From: Eledone cirrhosa
Taxonomy: Eukaryota
Assembly: GCA_964016885.1 (NCBI GenBank)
Contig: CAXHJY010000272.1
Span: forward strand, 1 to 56,836
Direction: 5' to 3'
Length of the DNA stretch: 56,836 nucleotides
Shown here piece by piece: positions 1 to 11,531 of the stretch; the first letter of the stretch is position 1, and the number at the start of each line of letters is the position of its first letter. Both the position numbers and the translations under genes were made by a program. Below the pieces are notes generated by a model. That model was given only the letters and a program-made list of their open reading frames with translations, searched no databases and was not told the origin of the DNA.

Positions 1-282
1 ATGATAAAATGCACACAGTGAACTCTGTAAGTTGTGGTGTTAATGCCACAATAAAATGCATCCAGTAAACTTTGTAAGTGGTAGTCCAGGTACTATGATA
101 AAATGCACCTAGTACACTCAGTAAATAGGTTGGCATTAGAAAAGGCATTAAGCTATAGAAATCATGCCAAATATGGAACGTATATGCAAGACATGGTTCC
201 CCTGAACAGTACAGATGAAGACCATGACAACCCATCCAATGTTTGCCAGCATGGAAAACAGGCATAAAATGACGATGATGAT
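1..282 (+). mobile_element. Degenerate RTE-LINE-type 3' UTR with repeated hairpin modules and a short (GAT)n tail
   Basis: Three diverged TAAAATGCACCCAGTACACT modules, then GGTTGGCATTAGAAAAGGCAT and ...AGCATGGAAAACAGGCATAAAATGACGATGATG, resembling the 3' end of the young RTE copies in this window. Confidence 0.6.
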
Positions 283-339
283 TAATACTGGTATCAACCA
301 TAATAATACACCACATGTGTTTGTATATATATATATATA

Positions 340-610
340 TGTGGCGAAGGGTAACCTGAAAAGTAGGACATGCAGTCCAATCGCCATGGCAGAAAGTGGG
401 GCTGTGCAGCCTTACCCCACCAGCCAATTCCCTCTAAATGACCCTCCCGGTTAAACCACATGTAGTGTTATCTAGTATGTGTGTGTGTTATCTTTTTTTG
501 TGTCTATACGTTTTAGTAAGAAGCCAAAATTCTGCTTGCTTCAACCGACGCAATTGATCAACTCAAGATTCTATAACGCATGCACTGCATGCACGCACCC
601 TTCACCCTAA
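340..610. mobile_element. Possible solo LTR or other short insertion in a (TA)n repeat
   Basis: ~270 bp GC-richer island starting TGTGG, flanked by (TA)n on both sides; no clean terminal CA. Confidence 0.2.
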
Positions 611-623
611 TATATATATATAT

Positions 624-822
624 ATATTTATTAAAATAACAGATTAAAGTTTAAGCAAAGAATCGGCGCTTTAAGGGTGAAAGCAGCGATTCTTTGCTTA
701 AACTTTAATCTCTTATTTTAATAAATATTTGCTCCACAGTTCTTATATATTTGATATATATTTATCCTTATCGAGCCCTCTTTGGATTTTAGTCTTCAAA
801 TTTATTATTATTATTATTATTA
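624..822 (+). mobile_element. Truncated Penelope-like 3' end with a 42-bp fold-back inverted repeat, in (TA)n
   Basis: Arms 624-665 and 687-728 (1 mismatch); tail TATTTATCCTTATCGAGCCCTCTTTGGATTTTAGTCTTCAAATT recurs at ~49925 and ~52489. Confidence 0.5.
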
Positions 823-1055
823 TATAATATATATATATATATATATATTTATCTGCCTGTAACTCTTTAAAATGTACACCCACTTACACATACACACAAT
901 GTATTTCTTAACTTTAGTCATATTATTATGATAAGAAGTTTGCAATCCAGTCACAAGGTCCTCGGGACTAACCCTTTGTAACCCTGTAAATAGTTACTCA
1001 TTCAAAGTTACTCATGTCATATGTACATATATACTGAACACATTTCAACACATTT

Positions 1056-1223
1056 GGTGGAGCTGGATTGTTGACAGTGAAGTTTTTGTCATCGCTGGTG
1101 GTTCGCCTTACTGAGAAGTCAGGTGGTGCCCGTGAGGGTGCCTGACTGTTTCAGTGCCTTAGCCTCACCATCACCCCTGGCAATGCTGCAGGCATATTGG
1201 CTTGCCTCAAAGTGTTTAGTTGA
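1056..1223 (+). pseudogene. C-terminal fragment of a CRE-like (restriction-like endonuclease) non-LTR retrotransposon ORF
   Basis: Translates GGAGLLTVKFLSSLVVRLTEKSGGAREGA*LFQCLSLTITPGNAAGILACLKVFS*, matching the ...LFQRLSLAIQRGNAxxILG C-terminal motif; homologous to 6006-6233. Confidence 0.6.
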
Positions 1224-1802
1224 CCCTTATGTTGTGATGTGTTGCCAATTGTTGCACTTGGTGGTGAATTGCTCCTCTCAACACACACACACACTTTTTT
1301 CTTCTTTTTTTTAATGTTTTTCTTTTATATTTTTTTAATGTTTTTTATCTCTCTTTTATGCATTTATATTTGTATATATATATATATGTGTTTGTGTTTT
1401 CATTCTGTAAGCATTATATTATTATATTTTTATACAACTGTGAATAAAAGATTTTAATGGATAAAATCTACTCCAACCAACACCATGTTAAATTTACGAT
1501 AACACTTGTTATACCCTAGTTATTTTCAAACAAACAATTCTGCTCACTTCTTAATAAGTGTTATTGTCAGTTTAGGTGTTTACAACCCAGTCTCATGCTC
1601 AACCCCTGAATCATCACCTTGATTAAAAGGTGAAGTTTATTTGGACAGATTAGGTGCAATAGAAAAGTCTACAATTTGTATGCATTGTTTATCATTTTTA
1701 GCTTATGTTCATTGTTGTTTGATAGGTTCAAATACCAGAGATTGACTGTGGTTAATTATAGATTGCAGATCACAGCATATGATATAATACAGTTTGAGTG
1801 TT

Positions 1803-2051
1803 CAACATTTTTTATACCAAACTGGCTGAAGCTGTCCAAGGTTCTATGATACAAAATGGATTTATTTTTAAATGTTTATATTTATCCAAAAAGCTTCCAT
1901 CATAATTCTATGTAAAAACATTTGTTAATTTATGTTCCAATAACCAACTTAATAATGAGAAGTTAGTTCTATTACTAAACCCCTTCAAATTCTTGATTAT
2001 TTGCAAAAAATAGGCAGTGCTTTTCATTAGAAATCTGATAATAAAAAGTTG
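1803..2051. mobile_element. Degenerate copy of the piggyBac-like MITE at 32205-32421
   Basis: Shares TGTTTATATTTATC..AAAA.CTTCCATCATAATT...TTATGTTCCA...AACTTAATAA...TTTCATT.GAAAT with the 32.2 kb copy. Confidence 0.4.
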
Positions 2052-2062
2052 TCTTGGATGAA

Positions 2063-2165
2063 GGCATGGCAGTGAGGCTAAGAAGTTTGTTTTGCAATTA
2101 TTGAGATTCCAGGTTTGAGTTCACTGTGTGATATCTTAAGCATGTCTTTATCATAGCCTCAGCTA
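2063..2165 (+). mobile_element. Degenerate tRNA-derived SINE head (CORE-like family)
   Basis: GGCATGGCAGTGAGGCTAAGAAG (A-box-like)...GGTTTGAGTTC (B-box-like)...AAGCATGTCTTTATCATAGCCTC; related to copies at 5.6, 7.5, 18.6 and 30.4 kb. Confidence 0.45.
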
Positions 2166-2179
2166 TATTTGATGAATCT

Positions 2180-3686
2180 CAGGAACTGCTAGCTACCCAT
2201 TTAGGTGTCTGACACTTTCACGATTCACAAACCACTCATCTTCACTATAAACAAGCTATCAGAGTCACAGCCTGCACATCAACAGCGACAGTTATCAGCC
2301 ATTTCTGTATACACTACTGATATTTAGCATATCTCTGGAAAAAGCACCGTATTTGCAGATGCACTCTCTAGAGCCCCTATTGACTCTGACATCTACATAG
2401 CCTTGATGATGGAGGTTCTCCACTATGAAGCTATGCCTGTAGCTCAACAAACAGATGATGATGTCAGGACCTACCACACTACTATCACTTCCATTTCCAT
2501 GCAGGATATACATTTTAGCTCCAATGAACTAACCCTCCTTTGCGATGTATACTCTGGGAAGCCCAGATGAATTGTTCCATCAGCCTGGTGTTGAAAAGTT
2601 TTTAACATCATACACTTTCTCTGTCACTGTGATACCAGAACCACACATTGCCTGATGTCATGTAAATTTGTCTGGCACACTATGGCCAAGCAAAGCAGAG
2701 AGTGGACCAAAACCTGTATCCTCTGCCAACAAACCAAAATCTATCAGTATACCAAATAACCTCTCAGCAGCTATGAACCTCCACAGGCCTATTTTGGCTA
2801 TGTCAACATCAACCTCGTTGGTCCCTACCACCTTCACTGGGTTACTCATACCTACTAACCATTGTGGAACTCCCTGTAGCACAGAAACTCAAGAAACTGC
2901 TCATGCCTTAATTACAAACTGAGTCACCTATTTTGGCATCCTGGACAACATCTCATCGAACCGTGGACCTCAATTCACCTTAAAGCTGTGGAATGACATG
3001 TGTGAACTTTTTGGCATCAACATGAAACACACAACAGCCTATCAACCCAAGCCAAAGGCTTGGTAGAGTGATTCCATGACCGTTTGAAGGACTCCCTCAT
3101 AACTAGACTTAACAGGCCTAACTGGATCAACCAACTTCCATTGGTGATGTTGGGAATTCGCACTGCTCAAAAGCATTACCTTAATACTTCATCCGCAGAA
3201 ATGGTGTATGGCACTCCTCTTACTGAAACCTGGTAAATTCATTCCAAACATGAAATCAGACCCTGATGCTAAAAAGTATCACGAAGAGTTGAGAGACATC
3301 ATAGGCCAGTTACATCCTCCCCCATGTCAACGCACGATACACCAAAATTCTCTATTCCAAATGATCTTCAAAAAGCAAAGTTTGTGTTCATTGGTTGTGA
3401 TGCACAGTGAAAACCCCTTCAGTCATCTTATGATGGACCACATAAAGTGATTCTTCCAGGGGACACGTCATTTCAACTCCTGATTGTAGGACAACCGGAC
3501 ACGGTTTCCATCAATAGATTGAAGCCAGCTCATCTCGACATTGACAGTTTTGTTCTAGTGACTCAACCAACAAACAGAAGCCATCGCAAGCAAGTAAAAC
3601 TGCCCCCTGATAATGAACAGTCACCAAAAAAACAATTAACTACATGCATAGGACAAGTGATGAAAACACCTTATCAGTTTCAATAA
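2180..3686 (+). pseudogene. Gypsy/Ty3 LTR retrotransposon pol remnant (RNase H + integrase), with frameshifts and stops
   Basis: Pieces translate to HKPL, RQLSAISVYTTDI*HISGKSTVFADALSR (RNase H); KFVW..WTKTCILCQ (zinc finger); NLVGP; FGI..NISSNRGPQFT; HTTAY; WINQLPLVMLGIRT; SSAEMVYG; YDGPHKV; TVSINRLKPAHL. Polypurine tract GGGTGAAGGGAA at 3701-3712, then TG at 3716. Confidence 0.85.
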
Positions 3687-3796
3687 CAATCAACTGTTCC
3701 GGGTGAAGGGAATTATGTAGAACATTACCTGCAAACTTATATAGGATGAACTGTGTGATTGCATATTCCCAGCTGTATTCATTCACTGTGAACTTA

Positions 3797-4303
3797 CCGT
3801 ATATACTTGTATATAAGCCGAGAAATATATGACAAAAATATGGATTGTCAATATTTTGCTGATTTTCACCAACTTCAAATTCTACATAAATGAGGTGCTG
3901 AAATATTTTCGCTATGGAGGTAAATATTACACTGGTTTCACTTTGAAGGTGAATATTACACCAGTTGCACTTTGGAAGTGAAATTTCTTTTTTGCTATTT
4001 TTTATGTGTTTTGATTGAATATGGTCTTCAAAATAGTCGAAAATTGGTAAAAAAAATCATTACATAATGGAGTTGTGAAACATAAACTACACTCTAAGTG
4101 ACATTTTAAACATTTTAAATATCAAAATACTAAAACTTCATAAATATATTCTCCACTCATGAGAATTTCAAAACCATGACATCTAAATATAATGTTTGGT
4201 TAGCTGTCTAGACTTATAAATGAGGTTTGGATTTTTGCCCATTTCTCAGACATAAAACAGGGTCAGCTTATATTCAGATCAGCTTATATTCAAGTGTATA
4301 CAG
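3797..4303. mobile_element. Tc1/mariner-superfamily (Tc2/pogo-like) non-autonomous DNA transposon
   Basis: TA|CCGTATATACTTGTATATAAGCCGA ... TCAGCTTATATTCAAGTGTATACAG|TA: terminal inverted repeats with TA target duplication. Confidence 0.75.
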
Positions 4304-5259
4304 TAATATTTAATATGTGTAGCAGAGAAGTTCCTATAATGCATTGTAATATAAACTTGACTTTGGAGATAGTTTTTTTCTCCTATGAATCACAATATTT
4401 ATTCTTCAGTAAATAATAATCTAACAATTCACAGTATGTTATCAACTTTACTATTTATATAGCTTAACTAAAGCTATAATAGTATGATTCAGGTGGTGAT
4501 TTGGCTGTTCTCTCCAGCAGGTCGAGCATAGTCAATTAAATTACTAGGAATGATTTATGTATATGCAGTTCTTATGTCTGGTTGAGAATAACATTGCACA
4601 CTCCAGCATATGTAGTGGGTTATTGTATGTATATAGTGTTGCAGTCTACACATATTACATTCTCTCTGCTGTCCAGCTTGTCTTTATATGACTGTAATTT
4701 CTCTGATGGTGGCCACAGTCCAAACAAGCAAGATTGGGTCATGACAATTGTTCCTCAGCATCTATCTCTGGTGGTGTGCAATAAAGTTTGTGGCTAGTGA
4801 GATTATTGATTTGGCTGTTATTTCTGTATGTTAGTGCTTGTTATATTTGTCTGGACTAAGTGTGTGTTGGGGGGGGGGGGGGGGACAGTGGTGTTGGTGT
4901 TGTGGTAATGGTGGTGGGGTAATGTTCATGGAATGGTGTTGTTTTCTGAGATGTTGTAGTTGTGTCTGAGTGTGATTAAACTCAGTGACAAAAACATATG
5001 AAGATTTCAAGTTGCTATAATAAAATGTACTTCTGATATGTCCAAGTGGTTTTTCATTTTGGTTACTTTTGTTTCATAGGTGTAGAATGTGTGTTGCCTG
5101 TGGTGATGTAAGGTGTGTAATTCTTGCTTCTTTTAGTTAGTTGTAATTTATTGTAGAGACAGGGTGTTAGCCAGAACTAAGAATTATCTTATCAATAGAA
5201 AGTTGCAATCGCTTTGGTGTTAGTAGAAGTTGGATAGGAAAGAAGGAATGCACCTCCAT

Positions 5260-5712
5260 TGGTTTTGATGATGAGTATTCCAATTGTTTGATCAATGGAA
5301 CACTCTGCTCATAAAATTTAATATTAAAGTGGCTGAGTATTCCACAGAAACATGTACTTTTAGCATTCCATATATACTTGAATATAAGCCAAGAAATACG
5401 TAACCAAAAAATTTATGGTAAAATGGGGAGGGGTTCGGCTTATATACGCCATCTAAAAAATGTGTTGATTAACTGCTTTGGCTTATAAATGGGGTTTGGA
5501 TTTTTGCCCATTTCTCAAACATAAAATAGCAGGGTTGGCTTATATTCGAGTATATACGGTAATTCTTAGAAAATTTCTGCATGACACATTGTATGACAAG
5601 ATTAAGTATAGGCTTCCAAACTAATTTCACTTACAAGGCTTGTGTCAACCCGAGGCTATAGTAAATGACAACTGCCCGATATACCATGCAGTAGGATAGA
5701 ATCTGGAACCTA
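5260..5712 (-). mobile_element. Old tRNA-derived SINE interrupted by the MITE at 5368-5559
   Basis: The two flanks join into a sequence collinear with the uninterrupted copy at 7328-7620. Confidence 0.55.
5368..5559. mobile_element. Shorter MITE of the same Tc1/mariner-type family as 3797-4303
   Basis: CCATATATACTTGAATATAAGCC ... GGCTTATATTCGAGTATATACGG|TA; shares TTTGGATTTTTGCCCATTTCTCA with the first copy. Confidence 0.75.
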
Positions 5713-6005
5713 AATATAAATATTTAGGCATGCTGCATCCAAAAGTTGGATAGGATGGATATATATACATACAGCAAACAGTCTACTTAATTTCAAATAT
5801 ACATTTCAAGGTAAATATCTTGTAAATGATATAAACGATACAATATAGTTTTATATGAAACCTGCTATATTTTTAAAAAAATACAATTTATATAGTAAAA
5901 TATGCTTTACAAAAGAAACAAATTAATAAAAAAATTAGTTGGAAAGGAAAAGATAGATATGCACACTCAATTACACACTACTACAAGGAATACTGGAGTT
6001 ACTCT

Positions 6006-6233
6006 CTAAACATTTTTGAAGCAACCCAAAACACTCATGGCATAACTACAGGTGATAGTAAGACTGAAGTACTGAAAAAGCCAAGTACCTTCACAAACAT
6101 CAAATGATACTTCAGTAACACAAGCTGCTAATGATGACAGAAACTTCATTGTTAGTAGCCCAACTCCCATGATTGTCTCAAAGGCAATAGGCTGAAAAAT
6201 CCAATACTGATAAATCATACTATTTCGCAGCAT
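6006..6233 (-). pseudogene. C-terminal fragment of a CRE-like non-LTR retrotransposon ORF
   Basis: FQPIAFETIMGVGLLTMKFLSSLA...EGTWLFQYFSLTITCSYAMSVLG; collinear with 1056-1223. Confidence 0.6.
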
Positions 6234-6301
6234 TTAGAATGTGTGAAGGACCAAGAGAGTCATTGATAGTGGCATCATATATGAAGCATCTACTTCTAAC
6301 C

Positions 6302-6620
6302 CATCATCATCATCATTTAAGTTTCATTTGCCCAGCTTGCATGGGTTTGACAGAGGCCTAGCCAGTACTTAACTGGTGCCACTGACCTTCCAGATGAGCA
6401 AGAGTGTGCATCATGTTTACATACATTCTCATGCACTACAGAATGTACTGGGTGCATTTTATCATGACATCAACACTAGAGAGGTTGACATTCATTGAAG
6501 AATCCTCTAACTCTTTTTTAAGGCATGGTTTCTACAGCTTGATGCCCTTCCTATTGCTAATCACTTTACAATGTGTACTGGGTGCATTTTTGTGACACCA
6601 GCACTTGAGAGGTGATGGTC
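6302..6620 (-). mobile_element. Degenerate RTE-type 3' UTR
   Basis: (CAT)n tail on the + strand, TTGCATGGGTTTGAC, GATGCCCTTCCTA and TGTACTGGGTGCATTTT modules. Confidence 0.55.
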
Positions 6621-7327
6621 CCTATGATGTAACTGAAGAGTTCTCTTTACCATATAGTGGGTGAGGGATGGATGTTGACTAGTCAAAGTGAACAGTATTT
6701 GAGGGGTAATAAATAGGATGGAAGGGTGATAGGCATAATGTTATAGGTGAAGAAAGGAGGATATGCATGATGCCATGGGTGTGTGTGTGTAACAAGTGTG
6801 GTAGGAGTTTGCAGGGTGATATGAGAAAGGAAAGTGGAGAGAGTGATCCTAGATAAAGTTTCTAAAGCTATGACTTGTGTGTTGATATTTAAAGGAAACA
6901 ATCTTAGATATAGCGGTGGTAAGACTAGGCCCTTAGAAGCAATCGCATGTTGCTGCTGAATTGACTGATTTTAACTGGGCCATTTGGATACCAGTGTTAA
7001 TATTTGTTTTTTTTTTTATTAAATATAAGATTATGTTTAAATGAATCATCAACATTGTCATTTCCCAAAAAAAGAAACTAATAGAATTAAAGAATATAAC
7101 TACTAAATTAAAGACAGCAGAGTTTAGTTTGGGATTTAGCTGGAAAGGGTTATCAAGCAACCAAGAAAAAAACCTCCTCATTGACTCAAGTTAATTTCTG
7201 TTACTGGATTATCAATCTCTAGGATTCTCTGTCTCTTCCTTCCACAGATACAATCTCCTTCCTACTTATTCCAAATAGTATGAATGGTATAAAGTTTATC
7301 CAACAGGAATAGAATGGACCAGCATAA

Positions 7328-7620
7328 GTTTTGACAATGAATGTTCCAGTTGTTTGATCAACAGAACAGCCTACTTATGAAATTAAAGTGCAATGACTGA
7401 GCATTCTACAGATACATGTACCCTTAATGTAATTCACTGGGAAATTTAGCAGGACAGTATGTAACAAGACTACCATCTTCACTGATCCAATTTTACTCAA
7501 AAGACTTGGGTCAACTCAAGGTTACGGTAAATAACACTTGTTCAAGATTCCATGAAGTAGGATAAAAACCAGAACTTAATGATTGTGAAGCAAACTTCTC
7601 CACCATGCAGCATCCACATC
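7328..7620 (-). mobile_element. Old tRNA-derived SINE (CORE-like)
   Basis: Collinear with 5260-5712; degraded tRNA-like head at the right end. Confidence 0.5.
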
Positions 7621-7959
7621 CAACAGGCCATCTCTATAGTTTACCCTGCCAACAGAAGCAGTTACTGGAGTATGACTGAAAAATGTCCCAGAGCCAAAAG
7701 TGAGAGTCAGGTGAAATTATTCTCTCTACTCAATCATCCTGCTTTCTTAAAGAGTGTACTGGGTGCATTTCTCTGCCTTTGAAACTGATATGGAATGAGG
7801 GAAAGAGGTAGGTATCTTCAAACCAGAGACTTTATCTGAATACTTGCAACAAAGTGGACTCTGTCAACAGCACCCGAAGGTTGAGTGGTGGTGTTTAACT
7901 TGTAGGCCACAGTGGGATTTGAACTGAAGATGTAAAGAGCCAGAAAAAATAATGGTTTC

Positions 7960-8138
7960 TAATTTTGGCACAAGGCCAGCAATTTTGGTGGTAAGGGAAA
8001 GTCAATTAAATCGATCCCAGAAGGATGAAAGGCAAAGTTGACATCAGCAGGATTTGAACTCAGAATGTAAAGTGTTGTAACAAATACTGCAAAGCATTTT
8101 GTCCAATGCTCTAACAATTCTGTCAATCCACTGCCCTT
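7960..8138 (-). mobile_element. tRNA-derived SINE with a GCCTTTCATCC core (resembles Meta-domain SINEs)
   Basis: Minus strand GGCAGTGGATTGACAGAAT...GAGTTCAAATCC (B box)...AACTTTGCCTTTCATCCTTCTGGGATCGAT; second copy at 16530-16712. Confidence 0.7.
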
Positions 8139-8749
8139 GAGCTGGAATGAATAATGCACACAAGCCTGTCTGATGCTCTGACAATTTTAACAATTTACTA
8201 CCAGTTAATATATTGACCCTGGAAGGATGAATAACGAAATTGCTCCCTGAGGGATATAAATTCAGAGGACAGAAAGCTGGAATAGATACCACAAGGCATT
8301 TTTCACCTGGTTTACACTGCCACCTAATACTTGGGGTGCATTTAGCAGAGTAACTCTGTTGCAAGCATTTGGGCCAAGTCTCCAGTTTGAAGATACTCTT
8401 TTCTTTCCCTCTCTTTCACCAGTTTCAAAAACCCTTAAAAGGCTCATGGGCACTGCCCTTCCCTCTCTGACTAAACAGTATAAAAGAAAATAACAACATT
8501 GTAACAAATGTGAAATAGAATATCATTCAGCCCAAGAAGAGACAACACAGAAGGGGAAGAGAGGGGGGAAAGAATGAGAAAGGAGGAACTATGGAATTTA
8601 TAATTAATTGTTAATTGAAATATTCAGATTAAATGAGAAGTCAATTATTAGTACTAATAAAAGAACTAATTGAACATTCTTTAGTATAAAATTAAAGCCA
8701 ATCCTATTTGCAATTTCTTAATGAAAGAGAGTTTTTCATGTTACTCCAC

Positions 8750-8885
8750 TTCACCATCACCTCAATCACCACCACCACCACCTTTATTATCATCATCATT
8801 ATCAAGACCACTGCCACCACCACAACCATAACCATCACCACTACCATCATCATCATTATTACCATGATAATAAAATGATGATGAA
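8750..8885. repeat. Degenerate (CAC/CAT)n trinucleotide repeat
   Basis: Direct inspection. Confidence 0.85.
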
Positions 8886-9120
8886 CATTTAACATTTAAC
8901 CATGGAGATATGATTACTGTTGAGGCAATGGAAGGTGACTGGTGCAGAGGTAACATTGGTGAATATTCCCTACTAATTATGTAAAGAAAATGGAACCCCA
9001 GGTAACGACTGACCCTTCTGCCACTTTTCTTCATTCTTATCAGGTTACATATATTAGTAATATGGTAAACTGTAATGTAATAATCAATTGATTAGAAGGC
9101 TGGAGGCAGATTTTTGTAGG

Positions 9121-9245
9121 TATGTATGTGTGTATATATATGTGTGTATATATATGTGTGTATATATATGTGTGTATATATATGTGTGTATGTATATATG
9201 TAAGTATTTGTAAGTATATACGTGCATATATATATATATATATAT
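9121..9245. repeat. (TA)n/(TG)n microsatellite at the 3' end of RTE copy 1
   Basis: TATATATATGTGTG-type units; interruptions on the + strand are almost all G. Confidence 0.95.
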
Positions 9246-11517
9246 ATCATCATCATCGTTTAACGTCCATCTTCCACAGGTTTGGACGGGGATTTTCCCA
9301 CTTGAGGCAAGATTGGTTGTTTTGCTTGTATAGGACTGTCTGGCGTGTTTTCTACGGCTGTATGCCCTTCCTAACACCAACCACGTTTACAGTGTGGACT
9401 GGGAGGTTTTTACCGTGTTACCTACACGGCCACATTACAGTGTGGACTGTGTGTTTTTTTATCATGACACCTACACGACCCCATTTGTTTTGGACTGGAT
9501 GTTGTGGTACCAACATAACTTTTCATTGAAAGGGGTGGTGTGGATGGGGTGGGGGTAGTGGGACGGAGTGTATTTTTGTTAGAGGTGCCTACTGACTGTA
9601 GGTTTCGCTTTGTACTTAGGCAAGGCGGGTCTTCTGTATTACTGTGTAGCGCCAAAGATCTCGGTCCAGTGACATTGTCTTGGAGAGGTGTAAGTGTGTG
9701 AGGTCGGAATTTATCAAGTCATCCCAGGTTTATCTGGGTCTGCCTACTCCGTGGCTACCGTCTATTTTGATCGCCCTGCACTTTTTTATACAGCTGTCGT
9801 CTTTCATGCGCATCACGTGACCGTACCAACGTAGTCTTCTCTCGAGTAAACAGCATCTGATCCCTCTTATTCCTAATTTCTCCCTTAGTTCGTTTATGCT
9901 TTGCCGTTCACGTATATTACTATTACACATCCAGCGGAGCATGCAAGCTTCGTTCCTCTCCAGTCTTCGTATATCCTCTGCACACAATGCCCAGGTCTCA
10001 CTGCCATGTAACATTGCTGTTCGTATGCAGGCATCATACAGCCTGCCTTTCATTTTTAGAGAGAACCCTTTAGCGGCCAATAGTGGTATAAGCTCTCTGA
10101 ATTTTTTCCATCCCGTTCTGACTCTAGCTACTGTACTTTCAGAGCACCCTCCACCACTGCTGATTTTGTCACCCAGGTAACGGAAGGTGACCACTATTTC
10201 TATAGAACCATCTGTGCAATGGAATGAGCTAGTATTCTGTGGGCACTTGCTGCTACTTATTGCACCAGAGTACCGGCCACATATAACATCTATGTTCTTA
10301 GTTAGCTTACCTGTGATCCCACTACATCTTTTATGCACCCATACTTTGCATTTGGGACATAAAATGGAGTTTCTGCCTACTCCTTTCCTACACAGAGCAT
10401 GGCCATTTCCCGGATGGGACTGGTGCCCTATTTTCCTTCCTACAAACTAGAACTTTAGTCTTAGACAGGTTAATTTTAAGGCCTTTTGATTCTAGGCCAT
10501 GCTTCCATGTTTGGAATTTCTTCTCTAGTTCAGCCATTGATTCAGCTATGAGCATTAGATCATCTGCGTATAGGAGTTCCCATGGGCAGCCGGTCTTGAA
10601 CTCCTCTGTTATAGCCTGAAGGGCAATAATAAATAGGAGGAGGCTAAGGACGGAGCCCTGATGAACACCAACTTTTACGCTAAACTCTTCACTATATTCG
10701 TTGTTAATTCTAACCTTGCTGACTGTTTCTTTATACATGGCTTGTATAGCTCTCACAAGCCATTCATCAACACCTAGTTTTCTAAGAGCCCACCAGATAA
10801 TGGAGCGAGGGACTCTGTCAAAGGCTTTCTCCAAGTCAACAAAAGCTAAGTATAGGGGTTTACTTTTAGCTAGGTACTTCTCCTGTAGTTGTCGTACAAT
10901 GAAAAGAGCGTCTGTGGTACTTTTACCTGACACAAACCCGAACTGCATTTCATCTAGCTCAATTCGCTCTCTGATTAGTTGCGCTATTACTTTTTCTGTG
11001 ACCTTCATGGCCTGGTCAATTAATTTAATGCCTCTATAGTTACCCCTATCTAGGGCATCTCCTTTACCCTTGTAGCAGTTAATGATGATGCTGCTACGCC
11101 AGTCCTTCGGAACGACCCCATTCTGTATGACTTGGTTTACTCTCTGGGTGACCATAGTGTGTCCCACCATTCCAAATGCTTTCAGCATTTCAGCAACTAT
11201 TTCCGAAGGCCCAGCCGCCTTACCCGTCTTCATATCTTTGATTGCCTTACTTATTATACTACCTTCAACTTGCACTGCTGGTCCCTCTATTGGATCGATG
11301 TGGGGGAGACTGTCTTTCTCCCAATTATTCTCCTCATTTAGTAGCCTTTCATAGTGACACTTCCAAGCTACCTTCTTATCAGCGTCAATGAAGTCAAGTA
11401 CACCATCATCATTAAGGACACACTTCTCCCCGACAATATCACGGTTTTCCTTGACACATTGCCTAGCAATCCTGAACACCTCACGTTTTTGGTCCTCGCA
11501 TTGTAGAACATGCTTGA
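9246..11517 (-). mobile_element. RTE-clade LINE, young family, copy 1 (5'-truncated, frameshift near 10388, premature stop at ~9730)
   Basis: RT motifs [57 protein letters not shown]; ~370 bp 3' UTR ending in (GAT)n. Confidence 0.95.
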
Positions 11518-11531
11518 TATATACATATATA

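Noticed and set aside
8704-9034. Poly-Val/Met and poly-Gly/Asp ORFs
   Set aside because: Translations of a CAC/CAT trinucleotide repeat
9896-11354. Antisense ORFs overlapping the RTE copies (also at 37.8-39.2 kb and 53.1-53.9 kb)
   Set aside because: Shadow ORFs of the RT frame; they recur only because the copies are similar
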